64,000 bases of DNA. Origin: Thermodesulfobacteriota bacterium (lineage in GTDB: Bacteria; Desulfobacterota_D; UBA1144; Nemesobacterales; UBA2774). The stretch is taken from positions 800,001 to 864,000 of the forward strand of contig OY729416.1 in the NCBI GenBank assembly GCA_963422265.1. Reading direction: 5' to 3'. The notes under the pieces were generated by a model. The model searched no databases and was not told the origin of the DNA. It saw nothing but the letters and a program-made list of their open reading frames with translations. The stretch's first letter is position 1. Every line of letters starts with the position of its first letter. The position numbers were made by a program, and so were the translations under genes. Shown in pieces: positions 1 through 10,284 of this stretch.

Positions 1-336
1 AACCCCTATACCGTCGGGAGCTATTATATACCTTTTCTCTCCATCAACATAACTTAACAGCGCAATTCTGGAAGACCTATTGGGATCATATTCAACTGTA
101 GCTACCTTCGCGGGAACGCCATATTTATCCCGTTTATAGTCAATCCTTCTATACAGACGCTTCTGACTCCCTCCGCGGCTATAACTGGTAATTCTACCCT
201 GCGAGTTTCTCCCCGCCCGCTTTTTAGTGGAAGAAGTAAGCGGCTTATAAGGCTCATCCATCGTCAGATCAGAAAAATCCGAACCTGACCTAAACCTCGT
301 GCCTGGGCTAGTGGGATTATACTTCTTAATTCCCAT
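1..336 (-). CDS. rplB: 50S ribosomal protein L2, N-terminal part (runs off window start)
   Basis: ATG at 336 reads [21 protein letters not shown]...[10 protein letters not shown]...[12 protein letters not shown]; follows rplW as in the S10 operon. Confidence 0.95.
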   Translation of the reverse strand, partial: MGIKKYNPTSPGTRFRSGSDFSDLTMDEPYKPLTSSTKKRAGRNSQGRITSYSRGGSQKRLYRRIDYKRDKYGVPAKVATVEYDPNRSSRIALLSYVDGEKRYIIAPDGIGV

Positions 337-338
337 GT

Positions 339-626
339 CTAAACTCCCTCGAAAAATTCAATGCTTCCCTCTTTAAGCTTTACATAAGCCTTTTTTTTAG
401 ATGACCTTCTGCCCGACAACCTTCCAGCCCTTTTAACCCTTTTACCGACAGTTATTAAAGTTCTTACTTTTTCAACTTTAACACCGAAGATTTCTTCAAC
501 CGCCTCTTTGATATCTGCCTTGTTTGACTTCTTGTCAACTGAAAATACATACCAATCGGACTCTCTAGCCTCAGAGGACTTTTCCGTAACAAGAGGAAGC
601 TTTATTACCTGTCTGTGATCCTTCAA
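339..626 (-). CDS. rplW: 50S ribosomal protein L23
   Basis: PLVTEKS, KKAYVKL motifs; S10 operon position. Confidence 0.96.
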   Translation of the reverse strand: MKDHRQVIKLPLVTEKSSEARESDWYVFSVDKKSNKADIKEAVEEIFGVKVEKVRTLITVGKRVKRAGRLSGRRSSKKKAYVKLKEGSIEFFEGV

Positions 627-1246
627 CTTCCGAGAGCCTCCTGAGTTTTATTTAAAGAATCCTCCGTCATTACAAGATTTTCAAACCTAAGAACGTCATA
701 AACATTTAAGCCATCCACTTTTAGTATCTTTATATCACGAATGTTTCTTGACGACTTTATAAGATTTTGATTATCTTCACTTATAACTATTAGAGCTGAG
801 CTTAACTTAAACTTCGTTACAAAGTCCGCAATCCGTTTTGTCTTAATTTCCGGCAGATCAAACCCGCTTAAAGCAATTAGCTCCCTATCACTGTATTTCA
901 ACGAAAGGGCACTTATCAAAGCCTGTCTCCTAATCTTTTTGTTTATGTTATATGACCAATCCTTAGGCTTAGGTCCGAATACAACCCCACCTTTTCTCCA
1001 AATAGGAGATCTATTGCTGCCATGCCGCGCGCGACCCGTGTGTTTTTGTCTCCATGGTTTTGACCCTCCACCACTAACCTCACCCCTTGTTTTCGTGGAG
1101 GCGGTTCCCGAACGATTTTTAGCAAGCTGCCAGTTTACAACCTTATGAAGCAGGTGTCTCTTGATTGGAGCCTCAAATACGGAAGGAGCAACCTCCAGAA
1201 TACCCACTTTACTTTTCTCTAGATCATACAAATCAAGCTGCGACAC
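623..1246 (-). CDS. rplD: 50S ribosomal protein L4
   Basis: TKTRGEVSGGGSKPWRQKHTGRARHGS...GGVVFGPKP. Confidence 0.97.
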   Translation of the reverse strand: MSQLDLYDLEKSKVGILEVAPSVFEAPIKRHLLHKVVNWQLAKNRSGTASTKTRGEVSGGGSKPWRQKHTGRARHGSNRSPIWRKGGVVFGPKPKDWSYNINKKIRRQALISALSLKYSDRELIALSGFDLPEIKTKRIADFVTKFKLSSALIVISEDNQNLIKSSRNIRDIKILKVDGLNVYDVLRFENLVMTEDSLNKTQEALGS

Positions 1247-1880
1247 TCTCTAATCTCCCTTTTATCGTACGCTTGATCATTAAAATGCCCCCGTTCGACC
1301 CAGGCACGGAGCCCTTGACAATCAACAGGTTATTATCCGCATCTACCTTTATAACCCTAAGACCCTGAACAGTCGCCCTTTTACCACCCATGCGCCCAGC
1401 CATTTTAATCCCCTTCCATACTTTGCCCGGATAAGAGGCCTGCCCTATGCCACCAGGCCTTCTGTGAGCCATACCACCATGCGAAGCCGGCTGACCTTTA
1501 AAATTGTGTCTTTTCATCGTTCCAGCAAATCCCTTGCCTTTACTCGTTCCAACTACGTCAACCATGTCACCCTCTTTAAATATATCTGCTTTAACAACAT
1601 CGCCAACGTTGCAATCCTCTACTGTAGCGCTGAATTCAGCAAGATGCCTTAAAGGCGTGGCCCCGGCATTCTTAAAATGTGCTAAAAGCGGTTTAGTAAG
1701 CCTTTGAGGTTTAGCCTTCCCAAAGCCAATCTGCACAGCCCGATAGCCATCCTTTTCCTTCGTTCTCTTTTGAATAACGAAACAGGGACCCGCCTCTATA
1801 GCTGTACCTACTACAACTGCGCCGTTATCCAGAAAAAGCTCCATCATGCCAATCTTTCTACCTATTAGTCCGTTAACCAT
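1233..1880 (-). CDS. rplC: 50S ribosomal protein L3
   Basis: GRKIGM, SKGKGFAGTMKRHNF, KGSVPG motifs. Confidence 0.97.
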   Translation of the reverse strand: MVNGLIGRKIGMMELFLDNGAVVVGTAIEAGPCFVIQKRTKEKDGYRAVQIGFGKAKPQRLTKPLLAHFKNAGATPLRHLAEFSATVEDCNVGDVVKADIFKEGDMVDVVGTSKGKGFAGTMKRHNFKGQPASHGGMAHRRPGGIGQASYPGKVWKGIKMAGRMGGKRATVQGLRVIKVDADNNLLIVKGSVPGSNGGILMIKRTIKGRLESVAA

Positions 1881-1890
1881 TTATATTATA

Positions 1891-2211
1891 TTATGAACCC
1901 GTAAGTTTTATTTCTACTTCTACCCCAGAAGCCAAGTCGAGTTTCATAAGAGCATCAATCGTTTGTTGAGTAGGTTCAAGTATATCAACGATCCTCTTAT
2001 GCGTCCTAACCTCAAAATGCTCCCTTGAATTCTTATCTACATGCGGAGACCTCAGCACACAGTAACGGCTAATATGAGTAGGAAGTGGAACAGGCCCTAA
2101 AACCCTAGCACCAGTTCTTTCAGCAGTATCCACAATTCCAACGGAAGATCTATCTAGTAGTCTATGATCAAACGATTTAAGCTTTATTCTTATTTTAGAA
2201 GTGCGATTCAT
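1891..2211 (-). CDS. rpsJ: 30S ribosomal protein S10
   Basis: [31 protein letters not shown]. Confidence 0.97.
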   Translation of the reverse strand: MNRTSKIRIKLKSFDHRLLDRSSVGIVDTAERTGARVLGPVPLPTHISRYCVLRSPHVDKNSREHFEVRTHKRIVDILEPTQQTIDALMKLDLASGVEVEIKLTGS

Positions 2212-2232
2212 GTGCCAATTTCCCTTAATCCA

Positions 2233-3417
2233 TCACTCTACGATACTAGTAACGACTCCTGCACCTACAGTCCTTCCACCTTCCCTGATCGCAAAACGCA
2301 ACTGCTCCTCCATCGCTACAGCAGATATTAACTCCACGTCCATGTTCACGTTATCACCAGGCATCACCATCTCTACACCCGCAGGTAACACTATAGAACC
2401 CGTTACATCCGTTGTCCGTAAATAAAACTGAGGCCTATACCCAGGAAAAAATGGCGTGTGTCGTCCACCCTCCTCCTTCCGCAATACATATACCTCCGCC
2501 TTAAACTTCCGATGTGGACTTATACTACCAGGCCTCGCCAATACCTGCCCTCGCTCTACCTCATCCTTATCCACCCCGCGTAACAATACCCCTACGTTAT
2601 CTCCAGCTATCGCCTCGTCCAGTATCTTACGAAACATCTCTAAACTAGTCGCTACCGTCTTGCGCGTCTCCCTAAATCCCACTACCTCCACCTCAGCTCC
2701 ACCCACTACCCTACCACGTTCCACCCTACCCGTTACTACCGTCCCACGACCAGATATCGTAAATACATCCTCTATCGCCATCAAATAAGGCTTGTCCATC
2801 TCACGCTCCGGCTCAGGTACATATCCATCTACCGCCCCCATCAACTCCAGCACCTGCCCCTCAGAACCCGCATCCCCATCCAATGCCTTTAACGCACTCA
2901 CACGAACCACAGGAACCTCATCCCCAGGAAATCCATACTCACTCAATAACTCCCGAACCTCTAACTCCACTAAATCCAATAACTCCTCATCATCCATCAT
3001 GTCCACCTTGTTTAACGCTACCACTATATATGGCACCCCTACCTGCCGCGCCAATAGTATATGCTCCCGCGTCTGTGGCATCGGACCATCAGGCGCACTT
3101 ACCACCAATACCGCTCCATCCATCTGCGCCGCTCCCGTTATCATGTTCTTTACATAATCCGCATGACCAGGACAATCCACATGCGCATAATGCCGCCCCT
3201 CTGTCTCATACTCCACATGTGCTATGTTTATCGTTATACCTCGCTCCTTCTCCTCAGGCGCCTTGTCTATCTCCCCAAACTCCACATACTCCGCACGCCC
3301 CGCCTTCCCCAATACCTTCGTTATCGCAGCCGTCAACGTCGTCTTCCCATGATCCACGTGCCCTATCGTCCCTATGTTTAAATGAGGCTTCCCTCGCTCA
3401 AATCTAGCCTTACTCAT
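2233..3417 (-). CDS. tuf: Elongation factor Tu
   Basis: [33 protein letters not shown]; start set at MSKARFER (ATG 3417) rather than the ORF-track 3432. Confidence 0.98.
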   Translation of the reverse strand: MSKARFERGKPHLNIGTIGHVDHGKTTLTAAITKVLGKAGRAEYVEFGEIDKAPEEKERGITINIAHVEYETEGRHYAHVDCPGHADYVKNMITGAAQMDGAVLVVSAPDGPMPQTREHILLARQVGVPYIVVALNKVDMMDDEELLDLVELEVRELLSEYGFPGDEVPVVRVSALKALDGDAGSEGQVLELMGAVDGYVPEPEREMDKPYLMAIEDVFTISGRGTVVTGRVERGRVVGGAEVEVVGFRETRKTVATSLEMFRKILDEAIAGDNVGVLLRGVDKDEVERGQVLARPGSISPHRKFKAEVYVLRKEEGGRHTPFFPGYRPQFYLRTTDVTGSIVLPAGVEMVMPGDNVNMDVELISAVAMEEQLRFAIREGGRTVGAGVVTSIVE

Positions 3418-3458
3418 TATACTCCCCCCCATACATAAGAAAAATACATTTTCATTGT

Positions 3459-5540
3459 TTATACAGCTTTAACGTTAGTTTTAATATCTTCTGAAAGCAC
3501 TCGAGGTAATGGAGAATAGTACCCAAACTCCATCGAGAAAGAGCCTCTCCCCTCGGTCATTGATCTAAGTTCCGTAGCATAACCAAACATTTCCGAAAGA
3601 GGCACTTCCGACTTAATAGCCTGCATACCACCCCTTAAATCGGATCCAGCTATTCTGCCCCTGCGTGAACTTATGTTACCCATAACCATCCCCATAAAAC
3701 TCTCAGGAACAACTATCTCCACCTTCATCAATGGCTCAAGAATAATAGGAGCGGCACGCAAAACCGCGTCCTTAAAAGCCATCGAACCCGCGATCTTAAA
3801 TGCAATCTCGGAACTGTCAACGTCATGATACGAACCGTCATAGAGCTTTACTCTCCAGTCTATTACTGGATAACCGGCGAGCACCCCGGTCTCCGAAGCC
3901 TCAATTACACCCTTTTCAACAGCAGGTATAAACTCTCTTGGTATATTTCCACCCTTAATCTCATCTACAAACTCGACTCCGGCTCCTTCTTCGTTAGGTT
4001 CAATTTTAATTTTAACGTGACCGTACTGCCCCCTACCCCCGGTCTGTCTAATAAATTTTGCCTCAGCTTCAGAGCTCCGAGTAATAGTTTCACGGTAAGC
4101 AACCTGGGGTCTTCCCACATTCGCATCTACGTTAAACTCACGCTTAAGCCTATCAACTATAATCTCGAGATGAAGCTCCCCCATACCCGATATTAACGTC
4201 TGACCGGTTTCGTCATCATACCTTACTTTAAACGTGGGGTCTTCAAGGGAAATTTTGTTTAAGGACAGTGCTAGCCTTTCTTGGTCAGATTTAGTTTTAG
4301 GCTCAATAGAAATGGATATAACAGGCTCTGCAAAATAAAGGCTTTCGAGTAGTACCGGCTTGTTTTCAGAACAGAGAGTATCCCCAGTAGTGGTCAGTTT
4401 AAGGCCTACTGCTGCTACTATGCCCCCAGCACCTATCTTAGTAATTTCTTCTCTTTTGTTAGAGTGCATCCTGACAAGTCTTCCAATCTTTTCTCTTTTG
4501 CCCTTAGTAGAATTATAAACGGTACTGCCAGAGACAAGTTCTCCTGAGTAAACCCTTAAATATGTCAATTGACCTACGAATGGATCCGTCATAATCTTAA
4601 AAGCCAAAGCCGAAAAAGGCTCTTCGTTGTTTGGATTTCTTATTTCTGCCATATCTGTATTAGGGTTTACGCCCTCAACTGGTGGAAGATCAATCGGAGA
4701 AGGCATATAATGCACAACCGCGTCCAAAAGTATTTGTACTCCCTTATTCTTAAAAGCACTCCCTAACAGCACGGGCACAATCTTTAGATCTATTGTAGAT
4801 TTTCTTAACGCGCCCACTATATCCTGCTCAGACACGGGATCCCCGTTTAAGTAGGCATCCATTATCTTCTCATCATAATCGGCTATAGATTCAATCAAAG
4901 CCTCCCTCTCAGCTTCCGATTCAACCCGCAAGTCATCAGGGACATCCACTAACTCGTATTTGGAGCCGAGGGAATCATCGTCCCAGATCGCTAGCTTCAT
5001 CTTGATAAGGTCAACAATCCCAGTGAATTCATCCCCCTCAAAATACGGCAACTGAAGCTTGACCGGATTTGCGTTAAGCCTCTCCTTTATTTGAGAAACA
5101 ACCTGATCAAAGTTGGCGCCGACCTTATCCATCTTATTTACGAAAGCCATTCTTGGAACCCTGTAGCGGTCTCCCTGCCTCCAAACCGTCTCGGACTGAG
5201 GCTCAACTCCACCCACCGAGTCAAAAGCCACAACTGCCCCGTCTAACACCTTTAATGACCTCTCTACTTCTATCGTAAAATCAACGTGTCCTGGAGTATC
5301 AATTATATTAACCCTGTGATCATTCCAAAAGCAGGTGGTGGTAGCAGACGTAATCGTGATTCCTCGCTCTCTTTCCTGCTCCATCCAGTCCATTGTAGCA
5401 GTACCCTCGTGAACCTCCCCAATCTTGTAAGTAAGCCCGGTGTAGTAAAGCACGCGCTCGGTAGTAGTAGTCTTACCAGCATCTATATGAGCAACAATTC
5501 CAATGTTTCTAACTCTCTCTATAGGTATTACCTTTTCCAC
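3459..5540 (-). CDS. fusA: Elongation factor G
   Basis: [19 protein letters not shown]; likely GTG start at 5540 behind a GGAGGAG SD (ORF track extends to 5567). Confidence 0.97.
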   Translation of the reverse strand: MEKVIPIERVRNIGIVAHIDAGKTTTTERVLYYTGLTYKIGEVHEGTATMDWMEQERERGITITSATTTCFWNDHRVNIIDTPGHVDFTIEVERSLKVLDGAVVAFDSVGGVEPQSETVWRQGDRYRVPRMAFVNKMDKVGANFDQVVSQIKERLNANPVKLQLPYFEGDEFTGIVDLIKMKLAIWDDDSLGSKYELVDVPDDLRVESEAEREALIESIADYDEKIMDAYLNGDPVSEQDIVGALRKSTIDLKIVPVLLGSAFKNKGVQILLDAVVHYMPSPIDLPPVEGVNPNTDMAEIRNPNNEEPFSALAFKIMTDPFVGQLTYLRVYSGELVSGSTVYNSTKGKREKIGRLVRMHSNKREEITKIGAGGIVAAVGLKLTTTGDTLCSENKPVLLESLYFAEPVISISIEPKTKSDQERLALSLNKISLEDPTFKVRYDDETGQTLISGMGELHLEIIVDRLKREFNVDANVGRPQVAYRETITRSSEAEAKFIRQTGGRGQYGHVKIKIEPNEEGAGVEFVDEIKGGNIPREFIPAVEKGVIEASETGVLAGYPVIDWRVKLYDGSYHDVDSSEIAFKIAGSMAFKDAVLRAAPIILEPLMKVEIVVPESFMGMVMGNISSRRGRIAGSDLRGGMQAIKSEVPLSEMFGYATELRSMTEGRGSFSMEFGYYSPLPRVLSEDIKTNVKAV

Positions 5541-5560
5541 AAAAACTCCTCCGGACTGGA

Positions 5561-6031
5561 TTACCAACGGTAATGAGCAAAAGCTCTGTTCGCCTCAGCC
5601 ATCCTATGAGTATCCTCTTTCTTCTTTATTGAACTACCGCGTCCCTCTGACGCATCTATAATCTCACTCGCCAACCTTTCTACCATAGACTTCTCACCCC
5701 TGTTCCTAACCGCGGACAGTAACCATCTAATAGCAAGCGACTGACGACGAAAAGAAGGAACTTCCATAGGAACTTGATAGGTAGCCCCGCCAACCCTACG
5801 CGACCTCACTTCAACGGCAGGTTTAACGCTATCCATCGCCGCTAGGAAAACCTCTAAAGGATCCTTGCTAGTCTTTTCTGCAACAATATCCATGGAATCA
5901 TAGAATATTTTCTCAGCCTTGCTCTTTTTGCCGTCGTACATAAGCGAGTTAATAAACTTCGTAACCTTTAGCTCCCCATATCTAGGATCAAGCACAGGTT
6001 GTCTCTTTGTTACAGAACCTTTCCTCGACAT
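5561..6031 (-). CDS. rpsG: 30S ribosomal protein S7
   Basis: [30 protein letters not shown]. Confidence 0.98.
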   Translation of the reverse strand: MSRKGSVTKRQPVLDPRYGELKVTKFINSLMYDGKKSKAEKIFYDSMDIVAEKTSKDPLEVFLAAMDSVKPAVEVRSRRVGGATYQVPMEVPSFRRQSLAIRWLLSAVRNRGEKSMVERLASEIIDASEGRGSSIKKKEDTHRMAEANRAFAHYRW

Positions 6032-6046
6032 ATCAAACCCCTTTAA

Positions 6047-6418
6047 TTACTTTGGCTTTTTGGCACCGTACTTAGACCTGCCTTGCCTCCTATTTTCAAC
6101 GCCAGTAGAGTCTAAGGTACCCCTTACAATATGATAGCGGACACCAGGTAAATCTTTCACCCTACCGCCCCTAATTAGTATAACGGAATGCTCTTGCAAA
6201 GTGTGCCCTTCACCCGGTATATAACCAGTTACTTCAACACCATTAGTCAACCTGATACGCGCTACTTTCCTTAAAGCCGAATTTGGCTTTTTGGGCGTGG
6301 TGGTATAAACCCTAACGCAGACGCCCCTTTTCTGTGGGCAGTTTTGTAGGGCTGGAGCTTTACTCTTCTTTCTAGCTCTCTTTCTTCCGTCTCTTATCAA
6401 CTGACTTATGGTGGGCAC
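6047..6418 (-). CDS. rpsL: 30S ribosomal protein S12
   Basis: [25 protein letters not shown] start. Confidence 0.98.
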   Translation of the reverse strand: MPTISQLIRDGRKRARKKSKAPALQNCPQKRGVCVRVYTTTPKKPNSALRKVARIRLTNGVEVTGYIPGEGHTLQEHSVILIRGGRVKDLPGVRYHIVRGTLDSTGVENRRQGRSKYGAKKPK

Positions 6419-6453
6419 TTACGCTTAATCTCCATTAAAAAGTTAATCTAAGT

Positions 6454-6483
6454 TATATATCCTGAAAAAGAATTGTATGTCAA
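6454..6483 (-). promoter_or_regulatory. Putative sigma70 promoter of the str operon
   Basis: TTGACA-18 nt-TATATA on the minus strand, about 35 nt upstream of rpsL. Confidence 0.55.
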
Positions 6484-6498
6484 GACTTCAAAAGGATT

Positions 6499-6813
6499 TT
6501 ATTTGGGCTTTTTTCTGATTTTCTTTTCCAGCCCCACAATGGTGATGGATGATTTGTACCATCCGGGCTTCCACGCTTCATCTCCATAAGATCTCACTTC
6601 ATCCTCATGGACCTTCAGAAATACATAGACGTAGCCACTGCCATCTACCAGAGGATTACCCGTTTTAAGTTCAGGATCTGAATCAAGTGGGGAGTTCCAA
6701 TCATCTGGAGTCAACTCAAGTAAGTCTATAGACTCTATCAGCGAGCGCTCATAACTAGGCTCACTACTTGCATCGGATTCCTCACTTAAACTCAGATACC
6801 ATATTTCAGCCAT
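6499..6813 (-). CDS. Hypothetical protein (104 aa, acidic)
   Basis: ATG with AGGGG SD; fills the purD-rpsL gap; no family recognised. Confidence 0.7.
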   Translation of the reverse strand: MAEIWYLSLSEESDASSEPSYERSLIESIDLLELTPDDWNSPLDSDPELKTGNPLVDGSGYVYVFLKVHEDEVRSYGDEAWKPGWYKSSITIVGLEKKIRKKPK

Positions 6814-6855
6814 AATCTATTTCCCCTTAACTTCTAATTAAACTGTTTTCAAGAA

Positions 6856-8136
6856 TTACTGATATTTCAGGGCTTTTTTACCTATATCGGTTCTAAAGTG
6901 CAACAATTCGGAATCTATCATACCAACCACTCCGTATGCCAAATCCATAGCCTTAGGAATAGAATCACCAATAGCCGTAACCCCTAGCACCCGTCCTCCA
7001 CTATTGACTAGTTCTCCATTTTCAAGCGAAGTTCCGGAGTGAAAAACAAGAACGTCGTCCACTTTATCTGCTTCTCTAAGCCCCTTTATTACGGACCCTT
7101 TCTCATAAGGGCCAGGGTATCCATGAGATGCCATCACAACACACAAAGAGGCTTCATTTCTCCATTCTAATGTTTCTCCCGACAGACCGGTGGGACCCGC
7201 AATTGCACTTAGAATCGGGACAATATCGGACTTCATCCTCATCAAAAGCGGCTGCGCCTCAGGATCCCCAAATCTACAATTAAATTCAAGGACTTTCACG
7301 TCCGTCCCATTTATCATAAGCCCCGCGTATAGTATACCTTTATATTCTCTCCCCTCTCTCCTCATCGCCTCGATAGTCGGCATCATTACCCGGTTCATTA
7401 TACTCTGATACAATTCGGGCGTTATAACTGGAGCGGGAGAATAAGCTCCCATCCCTCCAGTATTGGGTCCTCGGTCTCCATCCAATAATGCCTTATGATC
7501 CTGAGAGGACTCTAGCGGGATTGCATTCTTGCCATCAGTGAAAACGAAAAAAGAGGCTTCTTCCTGATCTTGAAGAAATTCTTCGATCACTACGCTATTA
7601 CCTGAATCGCCAAGAACGTTACGTCTCATAATGTCATCAAGCACTTCTGAAGCTTCCCTTTCGGTTCGGCATATAAACACTCCTTTCCCAGAGGCAAGCC
7701 CATCCGCTTTTATAACTAAAGGAGTCTTCATATCTTTTACCCAGCTCATTGCGTCTTCGTAATCGGAAAACGTCGAGTAAAGAGCTGTAGGAATGCTGTA
7801 CTTTTTCATTAAATCTTTTGAGAAAATTTTACTGCTTTCAATCTTAGCGGCAGCCTTAGTGGGCCCAAAGATTTTCAAACCCTCTTCAATAAACCTATCA
7901 ACTATGCCGAGCGCCAAAGGAAGCTCTGGTCCAACTACGGTAAGATCTATTTCTTGATGTTTAGCAAATTTAGCGAGACCATTTATATCCAATGCTTGAA
8001 TATCAACGCATTTCGCGTGCTTTGAAATACCCGGATTGCCTGGAGCACAGTAAAGAGAGCTAACCAAAGGACTTTGGCTTATCTTCCAGCACAGGGCGTG
8101 CTCTCTCCCACCGCCTCCTATTACTAACACTTGCAT
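6856..8136 (-). CDS. purD: Phosphoribosylamine-glycine ligase
   Basis: VIGGGGREHAL, GPNTGGMGAYSP, EFNCRFGDPE; start set at MQVLVIG. Confidence 0.97.
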   Translation of the reverse strand: MQVLVIGGGGREHALCWKISQSPLVSSLYCAPGNPGISKHAKCVDIQALDINGLAKFAKHQEIDLTVVGPELPLALGIVDRFIEEGLKIFGPTKAAAKIESSKIFSKDLMKKYSIPTALYSTFSDYEDAMSWVKDMKTPLVIKADGLASGKGVFICRTEREASEVLDDIMRRNVLGDSGNSVVIEEFLQDQEEASFFVFTDGKNAIPLESSQDHKALLDGDRGPNTGGMGAYSPAPVITPELYQSIMNRVMMPTIEAMRREGREYKGILYAGLMINGTDVKVLEFNCRFGDPEAQPLLMRMKSDIVPILSAIAGPTGLSGETLEWRNEASLCVVMASHGYPGPYEKGSVIKGLREADKVDDVLVFHSGTSLENGELVNSGGRVLGVTAIGDSIPKAMDLAYGVVGMIDSELLHFRTDIGKKALKYQ

Positions 8137-8232
8137 AGTAAGCAAAACCTCACAAAGCCATACTGAATATCAACTCTAAAACGGTAAAACCCGATTCGCT
8201 CTACTAAAAACAATAACATTGCTTCACACCAA

Positions 8233-8251
8233 CCCTGAAATGAATTCAGGG
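8233..8251. repeat. Short palindromic element (CCCTGAA-ATGAA-TTCAGGG)
   Basis: Perfect 7-bp inverted repeat in the purD-glmS gap; resembles dispersed REP/RPE-like palindromes. Confidence 0.5.
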
Positions 8252-8444
8252 CAAACAAGAATACAATTACGACAACTTGCCACACTGGACTCCGTCACCC
8301 CAAATAACGTCCTACAGTATTTTTTATCAGGTAATCATTTAGGGTTTCTGTTAGCTTTCTACTCACCTTGCCCTATAATGCCTTCAACTTTGATAGTTTG
8401 CCAAATTCTACCTTCTTTTGAGAAGCTACACGAAACAATGGAGA

Positions 8445-10277
8445 TCATTCTACGGTAACAACTTTAGCAAGGTTTCTGGGTTGATCAACATCCGTCCCCT
8501 TATACGTGGCTATATGGTAGGCGAGCAGTTGAAGAGGTATTATGGACACTATGGGACTCAAGATATAGCTGCAATCAGGAAGCTCTATCAATCTATCTAC
8601 GTTCTCGGCAAGCCCCTTATCTACAACGTCAGAGGTCATAAAGATTATCTTTCCTTTCCTTGCCCTAACCTCTTGTAAGTTGCCTAACACCTTCTTATAA
8701 GTTATCGCATCACGCGGGGCTATTAGGACAACTGGCATCGCCTCATCAACAAGCGCAATAGGTCCGTGCTTCATTTCCCCGGCGGGGTAACCCTCAGCGT
8801 GTATGTAGGACACTTCTTTAAGCTTGAGTGCCCCCTCGAAGGCTATCGGGTAGTTTATGCCTCGCGCCAAATAGAGAAAATTCTCGTATTGAAAAAATTC
8901 CTTTGCGAGATTCTTCACCTGTTTGTCTAACTTAAGAGCTCTCTGCACTAGTTTCGGGAGGCGGAGCACATCCTGAATAAGTTTTATGGAAGTTTCCTTG
9001 CCGATTCTATTTTTTATTCTCGCAAGATAAATTGAGAAAAGATAAAAAACTACAAGCTGCGTTGTGAAGGCTTTTGTCGAGGCGACCCCTATCTCAGGAC
9101 CAGCACGCGTATAAATAACGCCGCTCGCATCCCTCGCAATTTTGCTCACCATTACGTTTGTAATAGCTAGAGTTTGAGTGCCAGCTTGCCTCGCTTCTAT
9201 AAGTGCTTCAGATGTATCAGCGGTTTCACCGGACTGAGAGACCGCTATTGCCAGGGTTCTTTCATCAATAACTGGACCCCTATAACGAAACTCTGACGCT
9301 ATATCAACTTCAACGGGTATCCTAGCCAGGCTCTCAATCATATATTTTCCAATAAGGCACGCATGATAAGAGGTGCCACAAGCAAGAGCTACTATGCGAT
9401 TTATATTCTTAAAAGAGTTCGCATCTAACCCATCTAAAAGTATTTGTCCCGATTCTTCTGAAAACTTACCGCTCATTGTATTTAGAATGGCGTTAGGTTG
9501 CTCGTAGATTTCTTTTATCATAAAGTGGCGGTATCCGGACTTTTCAACCAAAATAGGATCCCAGTTGATTTCCTGAATATCCCGCTCAACCGTATTTCCC
9601 TCTATATCACAGAGAGTGATAGAGTTCCTTTCGAGCATTGCAATATCACCATCTTCAAGAAAAATTACGCGCCGACTGAATGGTAGTATAGCAGGAATAT
9701 CAGATGCTAGATAGTTCTCGTTCGCACCCAATGCCAGTATCAGCGGCGAGAACCTTCTCGCAGCAATAACTTTGTCGGGATACCTTTCAGAGATTACGGC
9801 GACCGCATAAGTCCCTTCTAACCTTCTGAGCACATCCCTTACCGCTTCTACAAAAGAGAGTCCGCTGCCTAAGACGTCCTCAATAAGATGAGCTATAACT
9901 TCTGTATCTGTATCAGAACTAAATTTATGTCCCTTTCCCTTAAGCTCTTCTTTTAGCTGTGAGTAATTTTCTATAATTCCATTATGGACTACCGTAGTTC
10001 CCAAGTAGGAGTGAGGATGGGCGTTGTTCATAGTAGCACCCCCGTGAGTAGCCCATCTGGTATGACCAATTCCTATTAGTCCTTCAAGAGAGTGTTTGTT
10101 TAACTTCTTTTTAAGTCCAGCTAGCTTCCCAGTACTTTTTACCACCTTGGACTTGCCGTTCTTCATAACGGCTATTCCCGAAGAATCGTAACCCCTGTAT
10201 TCAAGTCTTGTAAGCCCTTCAATTAAAACGTCAACCGTTTTACTACGGTCACCTACGTAACCTACTATTCCACACAT
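8445..10277 (-). CDS. glmS: Glutamine-fructose-6-phosphate aminotransferase
   Basis: MCGIVG N-terminal nucleophile, GHTRWATHG, PRNLAKVVTVE. Confidence 0.98.
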   Translation of the reverse strand: MCGIVGYVGDRSKTVDVLIEGLTRLEYRGYDSSGIAVMKNGKSKVVKSTGKLAGLKKKLNKHSLEGLIGIGHTRWATHGGATMNNAHPHSYLGTTVVHNGIIENYSQLKEELKGKGHKFSSDTDTEVIAHLIEDVLGSGLSFVEAVRDVLRRLEGTYAVAVISERYPDKVIAARRFSPLILALGANENYLASDIPAILPFSRRVIFLEDGDIAMLERNSITLCDIEGNTVERDIQEINWDPILVEKSGYRHFMIKEIYEQPNAILNTMSGKFSEESGQILLDGLDANSFKNINRIVALACGTSYHACLIGKYMIESLARIPVEVDIASEFRYRGPVIDERTLAIAVSQSGETADTSEALIEARQAGTQTLAITNVMVSKIARDASGVIYTRAGPEIGVASTKAFTTQLVVFYLFSIYLARIKNRIGKETSIKLIQDVLRLPKLVQRALKLDKQVKNLAKEFFQYENFLYLARGINYPIAFEGALKLKEVSYIHAEGYPAGEMKHGPIALVDEAMPVVLIAPRDAITYKKVLGNLQEVRARKGKIIFMTSDVVDKGLAENVDRLIELPDCSYILSPIVSIIPLQLLAYHIATYKGTDVDQPRNLAKVVTVE

Positions 10278-10284
10278 TATATAT

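Noticed and set aside
2456-3407. Pro/Ser/His-rich plus-strand ORFs over tuf
   Set aside because: By-products of the C-rich antisense strand of tuf.
6047-6418. Streptomycin-resistance substitutions in RpsL
   Set aside because: The PKKPNS and RVKDLPG motifs are canonical.
10278-10284. glmS ribozyme
   Set aside because: Only 7 nt separate glmU and glmS, leaving no room.
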